Origin: Rubripirellula sp.
GTDB lineage: Bacteria > Planctomycetota > Planctomycetia > Pirellulales > Pirellulaceae
Reading direction: 5' to 3'
Assembly (NCBI GenBank): GCA_965216875.1
Contig: OZ244207.1
Location: forward strand, 7,616,001-7,680,000
DNA length: 64,000 nucleotides
Position numbers and translations under genes: made by a program. Shown here in pieces: positions 18,767 through 29,019 of the stretch (position 1 is the stretch's first letter; each line of letters opens with the position of its first letter). Under the pieces are notes generated by a model, which worked only from the letters and a program-made list of their open reading frames with translations, did not search any database and was not told the DNA's origin.

Positions 18767-19347
18767 ACGACAACGATGTCCATGCGATAAGCAATGTCTA
18801 CGCTTTTCTCTCGCGGTTGTGGCTGCGCGAGATCGATTTGCTATGGCTCGGTGAGCTTGAGAGCAATCGGGCGTTTCGCGATGCGTACACCCAACTCGGG
18901 GGAATGATCCCCGGCGAATCCGAACTTGAGGAGCTTGCCGCCGACTACTGCCGAATCTTTGTCGGTCCGAAAGGACACGTCGTCCCGATTCAATCGGTCT
19001 GGGAGAGCCAACAGCTGCAAACGGCAACGAGCAGCTCGGTGGAACAGTTCGCAAAACTCGTTGGTTTCGACCTCGAATCGATCGGTGATGGTGCCTTGGC
19101 CGACCATCTAGGGGTGGAATTGGCGATCATGGGGCACACCGTCGGCCAGATCTCGGCCGATGCGAATGCGGCGTCGACGGTGAGCGAAGTCTGCGCAGCA
19201 TTCTTTCGCCAACACCTCGATTGGACGCCTCGGATGTTGACCGCTGCTGCCCCCTTGGCCGAAGATGGTTTCTACGGCGCGGTGATCAAAATGACGCAAG
19301 AATTCCTCAAGGGTGAACGTCAGGTTTGGATCGACGCCGCGTCGTGA
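18763..19347 (+). CDS. TorD/DmsD-family redox enzyme maturation chaperone
   Basis: DYCRIFVG, P..SVW, ADHLGVEL and FFRQHLDW motifs; GTGA overlap with the catalytic subunit. Confidence 0.9.
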   Translation: MNDNDVHAISNVYAFLSRLWLREIDLLWLGELESNRAFRDAYTQLGGMIPGESELEELAADYCRIFVGPKGHVVPIQSVWESQQLQTATSSSVEQFAKLVGFDLESIGDGALADHLGVELAIMGHTVGQISADANAASTVSEVCAAFFRQHLDWTPRMLTAAAPLAEDGFYGAVIKMTQEFLKGERQVWIDAAS

Positions 19348-19383
19348 CTGATCACCGCGAGTATCGCCACAAGGCAAGCACTG

Positions 19384-19659
19384 ATGAAAGAGCTTCTCGA
19401 ACCGTACGTTGGCCAATCGATTGGTACGAATGTTGTGCGTCCCAATCACATTGAACCTGCGAACCTCGTCACCGTGGGAAACGACTACTTTTCGTTGAAA
19501 CCCGAGGGAGCCGACGAGGTCTATCACATCCCCTTTGGGAACATCGTCAAGATCATCGAGAACCCTGACGGGATCACCATTAAAGAGATGTTTCATCGGC
19601 GGCATTCTTTTCAGCTCGTCGTCAAGGTCGGCCACGTGGTCGAATACGTGCCGATGTAA
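19384..19659 (+). CDS. Small hypothetical protein
   Basis: 91-aa beta-rich ORF 36 bp after the chaperone, same strand. Confidence 0.65.
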   Translation: MKELLEPYVGQSIGTNVVRPNHIEPANLVTVGNDYFSLKPEGADEVYHIPFGNIVKIIENPDGITIKEMFHRRHSFQLVVKVGHVVEYVPM

Positions 19660-19760
19660 GCGAGCATCGCAACGGATCTTGGATGACGAGGGCACAAGAT
19701 CCGTAATTGGGGACCCATCGATGCGCTGCGATCGAGGCAGAACTAGGCAGCAAATGAATC

Positions 19761-21344
19761 ATGCAACAACCTGACTTTTTGACGACAGACAAGTTGGTTC
19801 CCTGGGCGTGGGGCAAAGGGAACGATGTTTGGGGAATGTTTCGCGCCGCCGCTCATGGTGAGCTTGCCGAACTTGAACGCTTGGTTGCCAGAGATGAGAC
19901 GCTTACGCGTTGTCTGTGTTCCTATCGTGCGCCACTGCACTTTGCCGTGCGTGAAAACCAGATCGAAGCCGCCGAGTGGTTGATCCAACAAGGCGCCGAC
20001 GCAACCTATGTGTCAGGGCAAGACTGGCATGATTCGCCGCTGCAAATGGCACGAGACCGAGGGTATGTCGAATTGGCCAAGCGGCTTGAACATCATCTCC
20101 AAGAGCGATTCGGAATCGGCGAGGCGGGCGAACAGATTGCGGCGGCGATCCGGCAGCGTGACACGGAACTCGCGCAAAGCCTTGTCGCTCAGCACGGGCC
20201 GCATGTTGCGGACCAGCGTGGCAATCAACCCATTCACTGGGCCGTAATGACCCGGCAAACCGATCTCATACGGTACTTGCTCAAGAACGCCGCGAACATC
20301 AATGCCATGCGGCCCGACGGCGCTCGGCCGTTGGATTTGACCAACGGTGATTACTGGTACCGTGGTTGGCGAGACTCACATGACGACGCGGTGCGTAACC
20401 ACTGGGTCATTGCTGGTTTTCTGATGGCCAAGGGAGCCGATTACGATCTGACAACCGCGTGTCGCATCGGAGACATGGCTCGCGTTCGCGAACTGGTTGA
20501 AGCCGATCCCGGATTGGCTTATCGCGAACCTGACTACATCACCTGGTACTCGGGATACGCGCTGCGCAGTGCCGTTGCAGGCGGCTATTCCGAAATCGTC
20601 AAATTCCTTTTGCTCAAAGGGTTTGATCCCAACTTCAAGGAGCAGTACCTCGCGCCCCATGGAGCTTCGTTGTACGAAGCGGTCGCGACCAAGCACCGCG
20701 ATCTCATTGAGTTGCTGCTTGGACACAACGCAAACCCCAATCAAGAAGTCGAATCCTCTGGAAGTTGTCTCTACCGCGCTGACGCCGAGACGCAAAAGCT
20801 ACTGCGCAAGCATGGTGCCATCTGGGACTTCTTTGGATGCTGCTATGAAGAAGGGCATGTCGAGGACTTGGCGGTGCGTTTTCAGCGTGATCCCTCTGAG
20901 GCAAACGACGCAGGGGCGTTTGCGATGGTTGCCAGTCGTGGCGATCGTGAAATGGCCGACTTGTTTCTTGAATACGAAAGTGATCTATGGAAGCGCATGC
21001 CAACCTCGGCTGGAAACAGTGGTGAGGTGTTTCGCTGGATGCTGGAACAGGGCATGCAGCTTGATCAACCTGATTGGCAGGGTGTGCACGCGCTGCACTA
21101 TGCGACCGATATCGAAACCATGTCGCGGCTGCTCGATGCCGGGGCTGAAATCGATCACGTCGATGCGGAACATCAATCGACGCCACTTGGCTGGGCAGCA
21201 CGTCGTGGGAATGTGCCCATTGTGCAATTCCTGCTCGATCGAGGGGCCGATCCAAAGGGCGCTGGAGCCGAATGGGCGCAGCCTCGTGAGTGGGCACTGC
21301 GACGCGGACACACCGACGTCGCTGAATTGCTGAACGCCTCCTAG
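19761..21344 (+). CDS. Ankyrin repeat protein
   Basis: Repeated PLHFAV, PIHWAV, TPLGWAA and LL..GAD ankyrin motifs. Confidence 0.9.
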   Translation: MQQPDFLTTDKLVPWAWGKGNDVWGMFRAAAHGELAELERLVARDETLTRCLCSYRAPLHFAVRENQIEAAEWLIQQGADATYVSGQDWHDSPLQMARDRGYVELAKRLEHHLQERFGIGEAGEQIAAAIRQRDTELAQSLVAQHGPHVADQRGNQPIHWAVMTRQTDLIRYLLKNAANINAMRPDGARPLDLTNGDYWYRGWRDSHDDAVRNHWVIAGFLMAKGADYDLTTACRIGDMARVRELVEADPGLAYREPDYITWYSGYALRSAVAGGYSEIVKFLLLKGFDPNFKEQYLAPHGASLYEAVATKHRDLIELLLGHNANPNQEVESSGSCLYRADAETQKLLRKHGAIWDFFGCCYEEGHVEDLAVRFQRDPSEANDAGAFAMVASRGDREMADLFLEYESDLWKRMPTSAGNSGEVFRWMLEQGMQLDQPDWQGVHALHYATDIETMSRLLDAGAEIDHVDAEHQSTPLGWAARRGNVPIVQFLLDRGADPKGAGAEWAQPREWALRRGHTDVAELLNAS

Positions 21345-21360
21345 TCTGAGGTTTTTCGGG

Positions 21361-21792
21361 TCACTTGCCCTTGAGCACCATGACGGTGCAATGAGCCAGG
21401 CGGACGACACGCTCGGCAACCGACCCAATCAGCAAGTGTTTCAAGAACCCAAGGCCGTGAGACGAAATCACGATCAGGTCGGCACTCTCGCGGTCAGCGT
21501 AACTTACGATTTCACGACCGGGATCGCCCACGCAGGCATGGGCAACGACGCCACTGTACTTGGCATCGGATAGCCTTTGCTGCATGTGGTGTTGCGCGTT
21601 TTCGATTCGCGCCTCGTCGGTTACTTTGCCGTACAGAACGCCCGGTTCCATCACGCTTAGCGGCGGAATCACATGGATCATGTGAATGGCGGTGCCTTCG
21701 GTCGCGATTTGCATCGCCCGCTCGAGGGCTTCGATCGACAATTCGCTGAAGTCGACCGGGACAATGATCTTTTGCGGTTCGTAATTCGTCAT
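21361..21792 (-). CDS. Universal stress protein (single domain)
   Basis: IIVPVDFS, GDPGREI, DLIVISSHG and GSVAERVVRLAHC. Confidence 0.92.
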   Translation of the reverse strand: MTNYEPQKIIVPVDFSELSIEALERAMQIATEGTAIHMIHVIPPLSVMEPGVLYGKVTDEARIENAQHHMQQRLSDAKYSGVVAHACVGDPGREIVSYADRESADLIVISSHGLGFLKHLLIGSVAERVVRLAHCTVMVLKGK

Positions 21793-21875
21793 CGCATTGC
21801 TCCAAATTGCACGGAAAGTCGGGCTTCCCAAAAGTCGAGAGCCAAACGTGCAAACAGAGTGCCGAACCGCGATGT

Positions 21876-23303
21876 TTAGTCCACGAATTCTTCGAGTTGC
21901 TGACAGCAGGTTTGACTGCGCAATTTGTTAATTGCCCGACGTTCGATCTGACGAATTCGCTCTCGCGTGACATGGAAAATGTGGGCCACATCTGCGAGCG
22001 TGTAACAATGCCCGTCACCGAAGCCAAACCGCAGTTTGATGATTTCGCGTTCACGCCAAGTCAGCTTGGCCTCAAGCAGTGAATCAAGACGATGACCAAG
22101 CGTCTGCAAACTGATACCTTCGATCGGATCTTCATCGCTTCGTTGTTGAATCAGGTCACCAAGATCAAGATCGCCGTCTGTGGACGATGGCTGATCGAGA
22201 CTCGCCGTGCCACGATTGAGCCCCATCACCATGTTGGCTTCTTGTGAAGTGGTACCGGCTGCGAGGGCCAGCTCTTCGTCACTCGGGCGATGACCGAGTT
22301 CGTGGTAGAGGCTGGCGTAGATGCCTCGCACGCGCGCGATTTCGCCGGTCATGTGCGTCGGCACACGAATCATGTGACTCTTTTCCGTAATCGCGCGCGT
22401 GATGGCTTGGCGAATCCACCAAGTCGCGTAGGTACTGAATTTGAACCCACGTCGGTATTCGAATTTCTCGACCGCCCGCATCAGACCCGCATTCCCCTCT
22501 TGGATCAGGTCGATAAGTGATAGTCCGCGGTTTTGATACTTCTTGGCCAGCGACACAACAAGACGCAAGTTGCCCTCGGTCAATTTCTGTTTGGCGAGAG
22601 TGTATCGTCGGTGGGCCCGGCGCAAGCGTCCCACGAGTCTGGAAAAGCTTGCCGGGGTCTGTTGTAGGCGGTGGATCGTCTCTTGGAATTCGACCTGTTC
22701 CTCCGAGTTGCCTCGTGCCCGGCCACATTGCAGGCGACTGGTCAACTGGCTGAGCCGTTTTTCCATGTCGACCAATTCGTCGAGGTGCGGTTCGAGGTAG
22801 TCGATCCTCAATCCCAGTTCTTCGACAAGAGCGATCGCATGGCGACGCCGTGACTGTAATTGTTGCCATGCTGCTTTCTTGGCGCGAACCGAGCGATTCA
22901 CATCGGCAACGGTGGCAAAGTCGATCTGATTCTTGTCCAGCAACCCTTCGAGTGTGCGAAGGTTTTGTGGCATCCGGCCATGAATCTTTTCTTTGTCCAA
23001 GTCATCGCTGAGTGCGACTTGCAGCGTGCGGTCAAATGCAAGTTCACGCCGGTGGACCTTGCCGACGAGATCAACGGCTTCACGCAACACGTGATCACAC
23101 TGCATGATCAGGCTTCGAAAGGTCTTTCGGTTCAATTCGATGCGGCGGGCAAGTGAGATCTCCTCGTCACGCGTCAGCAGAGGGAAGGCTCCCATTTGGC
23201 CCAGGTAAAGCTGCAACGAATCATCCGCACCTGAACCAGCGCCGCCCTCACGGACGACTTCGACTTGGGTGAAGGTCTTTGGTGATTCACTGATGGCGAT
23301 CAT
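21876..23303 (-). CDS. Sigma-70 family RNA polymerase sigma factor (RpoD/RpoS-like paralogue)
   Basis: Region 1.2 [18 protein letters not shown]; region 2 [32 protein letters not shown]; region 4 [10 protein letters not shown]; no region 1.1. Confidence 0.92.
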   Translation of the reverse strand: MIAISESPKTFTQVEVVREGGAGSGADDSLQLYLGQMGAFPLLTRDEEISLARRIELNRKTFRSLIMQCDHVLREAVDLVGKVHRRELAFDRTLQVALSDDLDKEKIHGRMPQNLRTLEGLLDKNQIDFATVADVNRSVRAKKAAWQQLQSRRRHAIALVEELGLRIDYLEPHLDELVDMEKRLSQLTSRLQCGRARGNSEEQVEFQETIHRLQQTPASFSRLVGRLRRAHRRYTLAKQKLTEGNLRLVVSLAKKYQNRGLSLIDLIQEGNAGLMRAVEKFEYRRGFKFSTYATWWIRQAITRAITEKSHMIRVPTHMTGEIARVRGIYASLYHELGHRPSDEELALAAGTTSQEANMVMGLNRGTASLDQPSSTDGDLDLGDLIQQRSDEDPIEGISLQTLGHRLDSLLEAKLTWREREIIKLRFGFGDGHCYTLADVAHIFHVTRERIRQIERRAINKLRSQTCCQQLEEFVD

Positions 23304-23857
23304 GGCTATTCCACCAGCGCCGAAGCTTCACCTCGAACGCACGGGATCGCCCGAGGATACTGACGGCGGCTGGACTTGGTTGTCGGTCAGAGGGATGACC
23401 TCGCCCCCAAATCGCCGGTGTTGGGTCGCCATCGGGGGAGCCAGGTCCATTGGCGCGGTGTGATGCGATGCCGCCGAGAATTTAGAGCCGAGGTCGGTTC
23501 GATCGAATTCTATGGGCGTTTGCAATTCGGGCAACAAAAGAGAACCTGCCTAACGTTGGCCCATAACGAGCAAGACACTTGGGCGTTGAAAGGAACAGCT
23601 CATTCTCGAGAACCACGACGGTTGTTGTGTCGGCTTGGCAACGAACAAACGCATCGGGTGCGGCAAAATGGGTCAAGGGTCGAGCATCCCTTCAAGCCAT
23701 GATTAGGGTCGACACTTTGGACACTGTGTCACCCAATGGTGTGATACCCCTGCCAGCCGTTTGGTGAAGAGAGCGGACGCTACGCTCGTAGCTCGGAAAA
23801 GGTTCCTCGAAAAAAACGAGATCTTGTCGCTTTTCTGATGGTTGGGGTTTGGGCAAT

Positions 23858-24006
23858 GTCGCCTTTCGCTCCGCGAAAGTTGCGAGCTCCCTGTTCGTAG
23901 CTACCATCGCCAGAAGGTGGAATCCTCTGGAAGACCGGTCGCTATAGCACCACGCTCTGGCGAGCGTAGCTACGGCTGATGAGGCCCGACGCTAGCGCGT
24001 TCACGC
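23858..24006. repeat. Composite intergenic mosaic of REP-like palindromes
   Basis: GTCGCCTTTCGCTCCGCGAAAGT (also at 61197); GTAGCTACCATCGCCAGAAGGTGG / CCACGCTCTGGCGAGCGTAGCTAC inverted pair (related copy near 61295); GGCCCGACGCTAGCGCG. Confidence 0.7.
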
Positions 24007-24009
24007 GCA

Positions 24010-26265
24010 TTAGTCTGGCGTATCGAGGTAGGGGTCCTGGCCGATTTCTCGCTGCATCTTCTTTCGTTCTTTCTCATGATGCAGAAGCACCATGCGGTCA
24101 CGAAAGTGTTTGCGTTCCACTTTGCGTTGAGCGCGACGGAATAGTTTGGCGTAGCGATCGACGGCGCCTTCAATCGACTCGCCCTGCTCTTTCAGCTTGT
24201 CCGACTTGTTGATTCCAAACGCACTCTTGAGGATGTCGTCATCAAGCGAGAGGTATTGACGATAGGAACCACGGTCGCCTTGTCGACCACATCGACCAAT
24301 CAATTGGCGGTCGATTCGTGCGGCGTCGTGCAACTCGGTACAGATCACATGCATACCGCCCATCGCCTCGATTTCGTCGTTGAGCTTGATGTCAGTACCG
24401 CGTCCCGCCATGTTGGTCGCAACGGTGACTTTGCTGCGGCCGCCGGCTGCAGCAACGATTTCCGCTTCCTGTTCGACGTTGTTGGCATTGAGAACCTGGT
24501 GCTCGATCCCAAGTTCATTCAACATCTTGGAGAGGATTTCGCTTTTGTCGATCGAGCGTGTTCCGATCAAGACGGGACGTTCCTCGTTGTGAACACGGAC
24601 CACTTCGTCAACGATCGCTTCGAATTTCGCCATCATCGAACCGTAGACACGGTCGGCAAGCATCTCACGTTTCGGTGGCCGGTTGGTGGGAACTCGAATC
24701 ACGGGCGTGCGATAGATGCGTCGTAGTTCTCTCGCGCTGGTCGCGGCCGTACCGGTCATCCCGGCCAAGTGCGGGTAACGCAAGAACAAGTCCTGCACGG
24801 TGATGCGTGCCGCCTGGCCAGTAGGCACTGAGATTTCGATGTCTTCTTTTGCTTCGATGGCTTGGTGAATCCCGTCACGCCATTTTCGGCCTTCGGCCAA
24901 ACGGCCGGTGAATTCGTCGACGATGACGATTTCGTCCGTTCCCTTGTCGCCGGGGCGGACGACATATTGGCGATCCAAGAGAAACTCGCGGTGCACTTTC
25001 ACTGCGCGTTCGGTGTACTCGTAGAGATCAACCAACCCCATCGTCCGGACCAAATCGGACTTAGGCAGTGCACGCACCTTTTGTCGACCGCGCGCGGTCA
25101 ATTCGTATTGTTTGGTGTCGGGATCGATGGTGAAGTGTTCGTCTATCTCGTATTGTTCTGCCGTTTCGGAAGCCCATTGGTACGTTTCAACGATCTGGTC
25201 GCGTACGGTGTCTTCGATACTGCCGATGATCAAAGGCGTACGGGCTTCGTCAATAAGAATGCTGTCGGCTTCGTCAACAAGGCAGAAGTGCATTCCGCGC
25301 ATGACGGGCTGATCACCCGATCCGCTGAATCCACCACCCCCATCGCCGAGCATCTCGGTTTGCAAACGGTTTTGAGCGCGCAGCAACAGCCGGTCGCGCA
25401 AAAAGTCAAAGCCAAACTCTTTCGCGGTCCCGTAGGTGATGGCACAGCCATACGATTTGCGACGACTCCCTTGGTCATCGGGCGTTTGAATGATCCCGAC
25501 GTCGACACCAAGAAGATTGAACAGGGGCATCATCCATTCAGCGTCACGTTTCGCCAAATAGTCGTTGACCGTTGCGAGGTGTGCTCCCTTTCCCACGAGC
25601 GAGTGCAAGTAAAGTGGCAAGGTTGCCGTCAGCGTCTTCCCTTCCCCGGTCTGCATTTCGGCGATACATCCCTCGAAGAGGGAAATCCCGCCGATCATTT
25701 GAACATCGTAGTGACGCATCGAAAGGGAACGCCAACCCGCTTCGCGCACCAGCGCATAGCCTTCGGGTAACAGCGTCGAGAGTTTCTCGCCAGCCATTGC
25801 ACGGTAACGCAACGCGAGCGAACGTTTGCGAAGCGAAATGTCATCTTCGCTTTGCAGCACCGGCTCGAGTTCGTTGATCTGGGCGAGCATTCGGCGCCAG
25901 CGCACCATCCGTGGTCGAAAGCCTTGCTTGGAAAGGATCGACAGAGCGCGGCTGGTGTCACCGACGTGCCGCGACGAGGCGGTCGTTTTTTCGGCGTCGG
26001 GTTGTTGAGCGAGGTCGGCAGCGACTTGCTCGCTTTCAGGTGATGGTTCCACACCTGTGGTCAAAAGCTCGCCCATCGTCTGTGGGGCCGCCGGTTCAGA
26101 AACTGCAGGTGTAGCTTTTTCGGTGCCCATCGCTTCGCGCGCAGGTGCCCCTCCCGCTTCGGGTTCCGGTGGAGGTCCACTTGCTGGGGTATCCAACGGG
26201 TTGGTCGGCGAAAGTTCGGTAGGTTCGGTGCCCTTTGAATTGGACTCCGTTTCACCTGCGGACAT
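24010..26265 (-). CDS. SecA paralogue (NBD1-PPXD-NBD2, C-terminally short)
   Basis: MQTGEGKT, TVNDYLAKRD, DEADSILIDEARTPLII, TNMAGRGTDI and QLIGRCGRQGD; ends shortly after the start of the helical scaffold. Confidence 0.92.
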   Translation of the reverse strand: MSAGETESNSKGTEPTELSPTNPLDTPASGPPPEPEAGGAPAREAMGTEKATPAVSEPAAPQTMGELLTTGVEPSPESEQVAADLAQQPDAEKTTASSRHVGDTSRALSILSKQGFRPRMVRWRRMLAQINELEPVLQSEDDISLRKRSLALRYRAMAGEKLSTLLPEGYALVREAGWRSLSMRHYDVQMIGGISLFEGCIAEMQTGEGKTLTATLPLYLHSLVGKGAHLATVNDYLAKRDAEWMMPLFNLLGVDVGIIQTPDDQGSRRKSYGCAITYGTAKEFGFDFLRDRLLLRAQNRLQTEMLGDGGGGFSGSGDQPVMRGMHFCLVDEADSILIDEARTPLIIGSIEDTVRDQIVETYQWASETAEQYEIDEHFTIDPDTKQYELTARGRQKVRALPKSDLVRTMGLVDLYEYTERAVKVHREFLLDRQYVVRPGDKGTDEIVIVDEFTGRLAEGRKWRDGIHQAIEAKEDIEISVPTGQAARITVQDLFLRYPHLAGMTGTAATSARELRRIYRTPVIRVPTNRPPKREMLADRVYGSMMAKFEAIVDEVVRVHNEERPVLIGTRSIDKSEILSKMLNELGIEHQVLNANNVEQEAEIVAAAGGRSKVTVATNMAGRGTDIKLNDEIEAMGGMHVICTELHDAARIDRQLIGRCGRQGDRGSYRQYLSLDDDILKSAFGINKSDKLKEQGESIEGAVDRYAKLFRRAQRKVERKHFRDRMVLLHHEKERKKMQREIGQDPYLDTPD

Positions 26266-26504
26266 TGAATAACTTTGGAGAAAATGGGATCGCAATCGCC
26301 GTGAAAAACAGGGTGCAAACGGCGTGAAACATTATTCTAACGCCCGATTCTGAGACGCTAGGGAAAGTTGAACGGTTTCCCGCATGAAGCCAGGCAATCT
26401 AGGGGACTTATTCCTAGAGTGCGGGCAGTTCTGCATCTGCCAAACAATTCAGTCGATCGTCTTATACCAGTCAATCAGTGTTCCCGGACTGTACGAGACG
26501 ATCA

Positions 26505-27935
26505 ATGAAAACGAAATTACGAGGCATCACGCTTACAGCCCTTTTGCTGTCTGCCTCAAACATGACTTTCGCAGATCAAGGCGTGGTTAGCGACCTGCCA
26601 GGATTCGGCGAGGAAGCCTACTTCGCCGAGGAAGCAACCTACGCAGAGAATGCCGAGATCAAGGCAGTCAGCCACGCAGGACCATCTGCTCTTGCTCAAG
26701 CCTACGTCGGCAGCGAGGACCATTCCGACTTTTCGCCTGTACGTGTTGGCGACTTGCAAGAATCCGCTTCGGTTCTTGGGAGTGGTTTGCAACAGGTCGG
26801 GCATCACGCCGCCGATTGTTGCGACGTCGGATGTGACAGTGGTTGTGACGGCGGATGCGACTCGGCTTGCGGTTCGTCCTGTGACGGCAATCGTTTCAGC
26901 AACCTGCTGACCGAAGTCGAGGACGTTTGGGCAACCACCGAACTGTTGTTGTGGTTCGTCCAAGATCGCGACATGCCACCGATCATCACCACCGCGGCTC
27001 CTGGTAATGCTCCAATTCTGGGCCTGCCAGGTGTGAATACCGTCTTCGGCGACGACATCAGCGGCGAACTCTCCGCTGGTATTCGTGCCGATGTTGGTAA
27101 GTACGTCAACGACTGTGTTGGCATCGGTGGTCGGTTTGTGGCTCTGGCAACGAACAACGATTCGTACTACGCAGCCAGCGACGGAACCGACATGTCGATT
27201 GGTCGTTCGTTCTTCAATACGAATACGAACGCTCAAGACGCGGTCATCATCAGCTCGGCTGGTAACTTCACCGGTGAGATCGCCGCGAACGATTCGGTCG
27301 AACTCTGGGGTGCTGAAGGTTACGCACGTCTCCGCTTTGGTTGCAACAAGAACGCAAAGTTGGAACTGATCGGTGGTTACTCGCACTACGTGCTGAACAA
27401 CAACACCTACATCAGCAGCACAACGGTCACCAATGCTACGGGGCGTATCCGTAACTACATCGACGACATCAGCACCAAGAACACCTTTGACGGTGGTCAA
27501 GTTGGTTTTGAAATGTCGATGACTCGCGGTCGCTGGAGTGCACGTTCGCTGACCAAGGTTCACCTGGGTAACATGCGTCAACGATTCCTGTTGCTCGGTA
27601 GTGCAGTCGACGTGACTCCACCAGCAGCACCGACGAACACTCAAGGTGGTGTCTTCACTCTGGACAACCAAGCGTTGCTCGAGCGAGACGTCTTCGCCTT
27701 CATTCCTGAAGCAAACTTCAAGCTTGCTTACCAGGTTTGCGACCACGCGAAGTTCACCGTTGGGTACACGTTCATGTACTTTGACAACGTGGCTTTGACG
27801 GGCGACTTCATCGACAACAACGTCGACGGAACGGCACTCAATACGAATAACGTTCTGACTCGTCCCGCATTCGCTGCCAACGATTCCGGCTTGTGGATTC
27901 AAGGCATCGACCTTGGATTCATCATGGAATTCTAG
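26505..27935 (+). CDS. Planctomycete outer-membrane beta-barrel protein (BBP7-like)
   Basis: Signal peptide; Cys-rich CD repeats; ELLLW..PPIITT; amphipathic strands; C-terminal WIQGIDLGFIMEF ending in Phe. Confidence 0.8.
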   Translation: MKTKLRGITLTALLLSASNMTFADQGVVSDLPGFGEEAYFAEEATYAENAEIKAVSHAGPSALAQAYVGSEDHSDFSPVRVGDLQESASVLGSGLQQVGHHAADCCDVGCDSGCDGGCDSACGSSCDGNRFSNLLTEVEDVWATTELLLWFVQDRDMPPIITTAAPGNAPILGLPGVNTVFGDDISGELSAGIRADVGKYVNDCVGIGGRFVALATNNDSYYAASDGTDMSIGRSFFNTNTNAQDAVIISSAGNFTGEIAANDSVELWGAEGYARLRFGCNKNAKLELIGGYSHYVLNNNTYISSTTVTNATGRIRNYIDDISTKNTFDGGQVGFEMSMTRGRWSARSLTKVHLGNMRQRFLLLGSAVDVTPPAAPTNTQGGVFTLDNQALLERDVFAFIPEANFKLAYQVCDHAKFTVGYTFMYFDNVALTGDFIDNNVDGTALNTNNVLTRPAFAANDSGLWIQGIDLGFIMEF

Positions 27936-28095
27936 GATAGGTCATCGGCGGTATTTCGACGCCAAAACATTGGGTCCGGAACACGGCGTCCGACCCGCCG
28001 TTTGACAAATCGCAAAGCGTGAAGCAGATTCCTGCTTCACGCTTTTTTCGTTTCGGAACCGCATTGCCCAGGATGGCCTCAGCGCCACTGCCTCT

Positions 28096-29016
28096 ATGCC
28101 CAAAGCAAATCCATCCGTCGTCCTCGGTCTTTGGCCCATCGCGGGCATCACTTCGGTGGGTGTGACCGATCAGCATTCGCGGGCGACGATTCGTGCCGCA
28201 CTCGATCAGGGGATCACAACCTTTGATACGGCCTTTGCCTACGGCTATGACGGCGAATCGGACAAGCTGCTGGCCCCCTTCATCCGCTCGGGCGGCGAGG
28301 ACCTGTGCGTGATCAGCAAGGTCGGACAGCGTTGGAATTCGGACAAGAAGCGAATCGTTGACGGGCGACCCGAGTCCCTGATCGCTGACGCGGAATGTTC
28401 GCTCCAGAGAATGCGTCTGGACCACTTCGACACCTTGATGCTGCACTGCGTCGACCCCGAAGTTCCGATCGAAGAATCGGCCGGTGCGATTGAGCAGCTG
28501 TATCGCCGTGGACTCTGTCGAAAGATCGGAGTTTGCAATGTCGACGCGGACCAGCGTCGCAGGTTCCGGGAATCCGCTGGCGCTTGTCACGCCATTCAAT
28601 GCCCATTGAATCTACTTCAGCCTGCGAACTTGGATCAGTTGATTCCGGATTGCCTGGCCGATGGTTGCGAGGTCTACGTTTTTTGGGCGCTGATGAAGGG
28701 CCTTTTGGCTGGGCAGATCGGTCGGGATCATCAATTCGCCGAAGGCGACAGTCGGCCCAACTACGAGATCTTTCAGGGACAGCAGCGGAGTCGCGCTCAC
28801 GACGTCGTTGACCAGCTCGCCTTGATCGGAAAAGAGACGGGCAAAACGGTCGCACAGTTGGCGATTGGCTGGGCGACGGCCCAACCGGGCGTGACCGCAG
28901 CTCTGGTTGGCGCAAAACGGCCTGTACAAATTTTTGAAACAGCAGCCGCACGGCCACTCGATCAACAGTGGGTGTTGAAGATCAACGAGATTGTGGCTGC
29001 ATCGCAGCCGAGCTGA
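28096..29016 (+). CDS. Aldo/keto reductase
   Basis: GLWPIAG, FDTAFAYG..GESD, SKVG, IGVCN and AQLAIGW. Confidence 0.9.
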   Translation: MPKANPSVVLGLWPIAGITSVGVTDQHSRATIRAALDQGITTFDTAFAYGYDGESDKLLAPFIRSGGEDLCVISKVGQRWNSDKKRIVDGRPESLIADAECSLQRMRLDHFDTLMLHCVDPEVPIEESAGAIEQLYRRGLCRKIGVCNVDADQRRRFRESAGACHAIQCPLNLLQPANLDQLIPDCLADGCEVYVFWALMKGLLAGQIGRDHQFAEGDSRPNYEIFQGQQRSRAHDVVDQLALIGKETGKTVAQLAIGWATAQPGVTAALVGAKRPVQIFETAAARPLDQQWVLKINEIVAASQPS

Positions 29017-29019
29017 CGA

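Noticed and set aside
23328..23767. Short ORFs upstream of the sigma factor
   Set aside because: No motifs or convincing RBS; more likely regulatory DNA.
24010..26265. SecA as a pseudogene or as the housekeeping secA
   Set aside because: No downstream remnant of the missing C-terminal domains is visible and all motor motifs are intact, so it is treated as a short paralogue. Pseudogene status is not fully excluded.
26556..27902. 448-aa minus-strand ORF and similar long antisense ORFs (e.g. 11291..12250, 14952..16046, 38044..39072, 57205..58131)
   Set aside because: They lie opposite well-supported genes and are the expected shadow ORFs of GC-rich codon usage.
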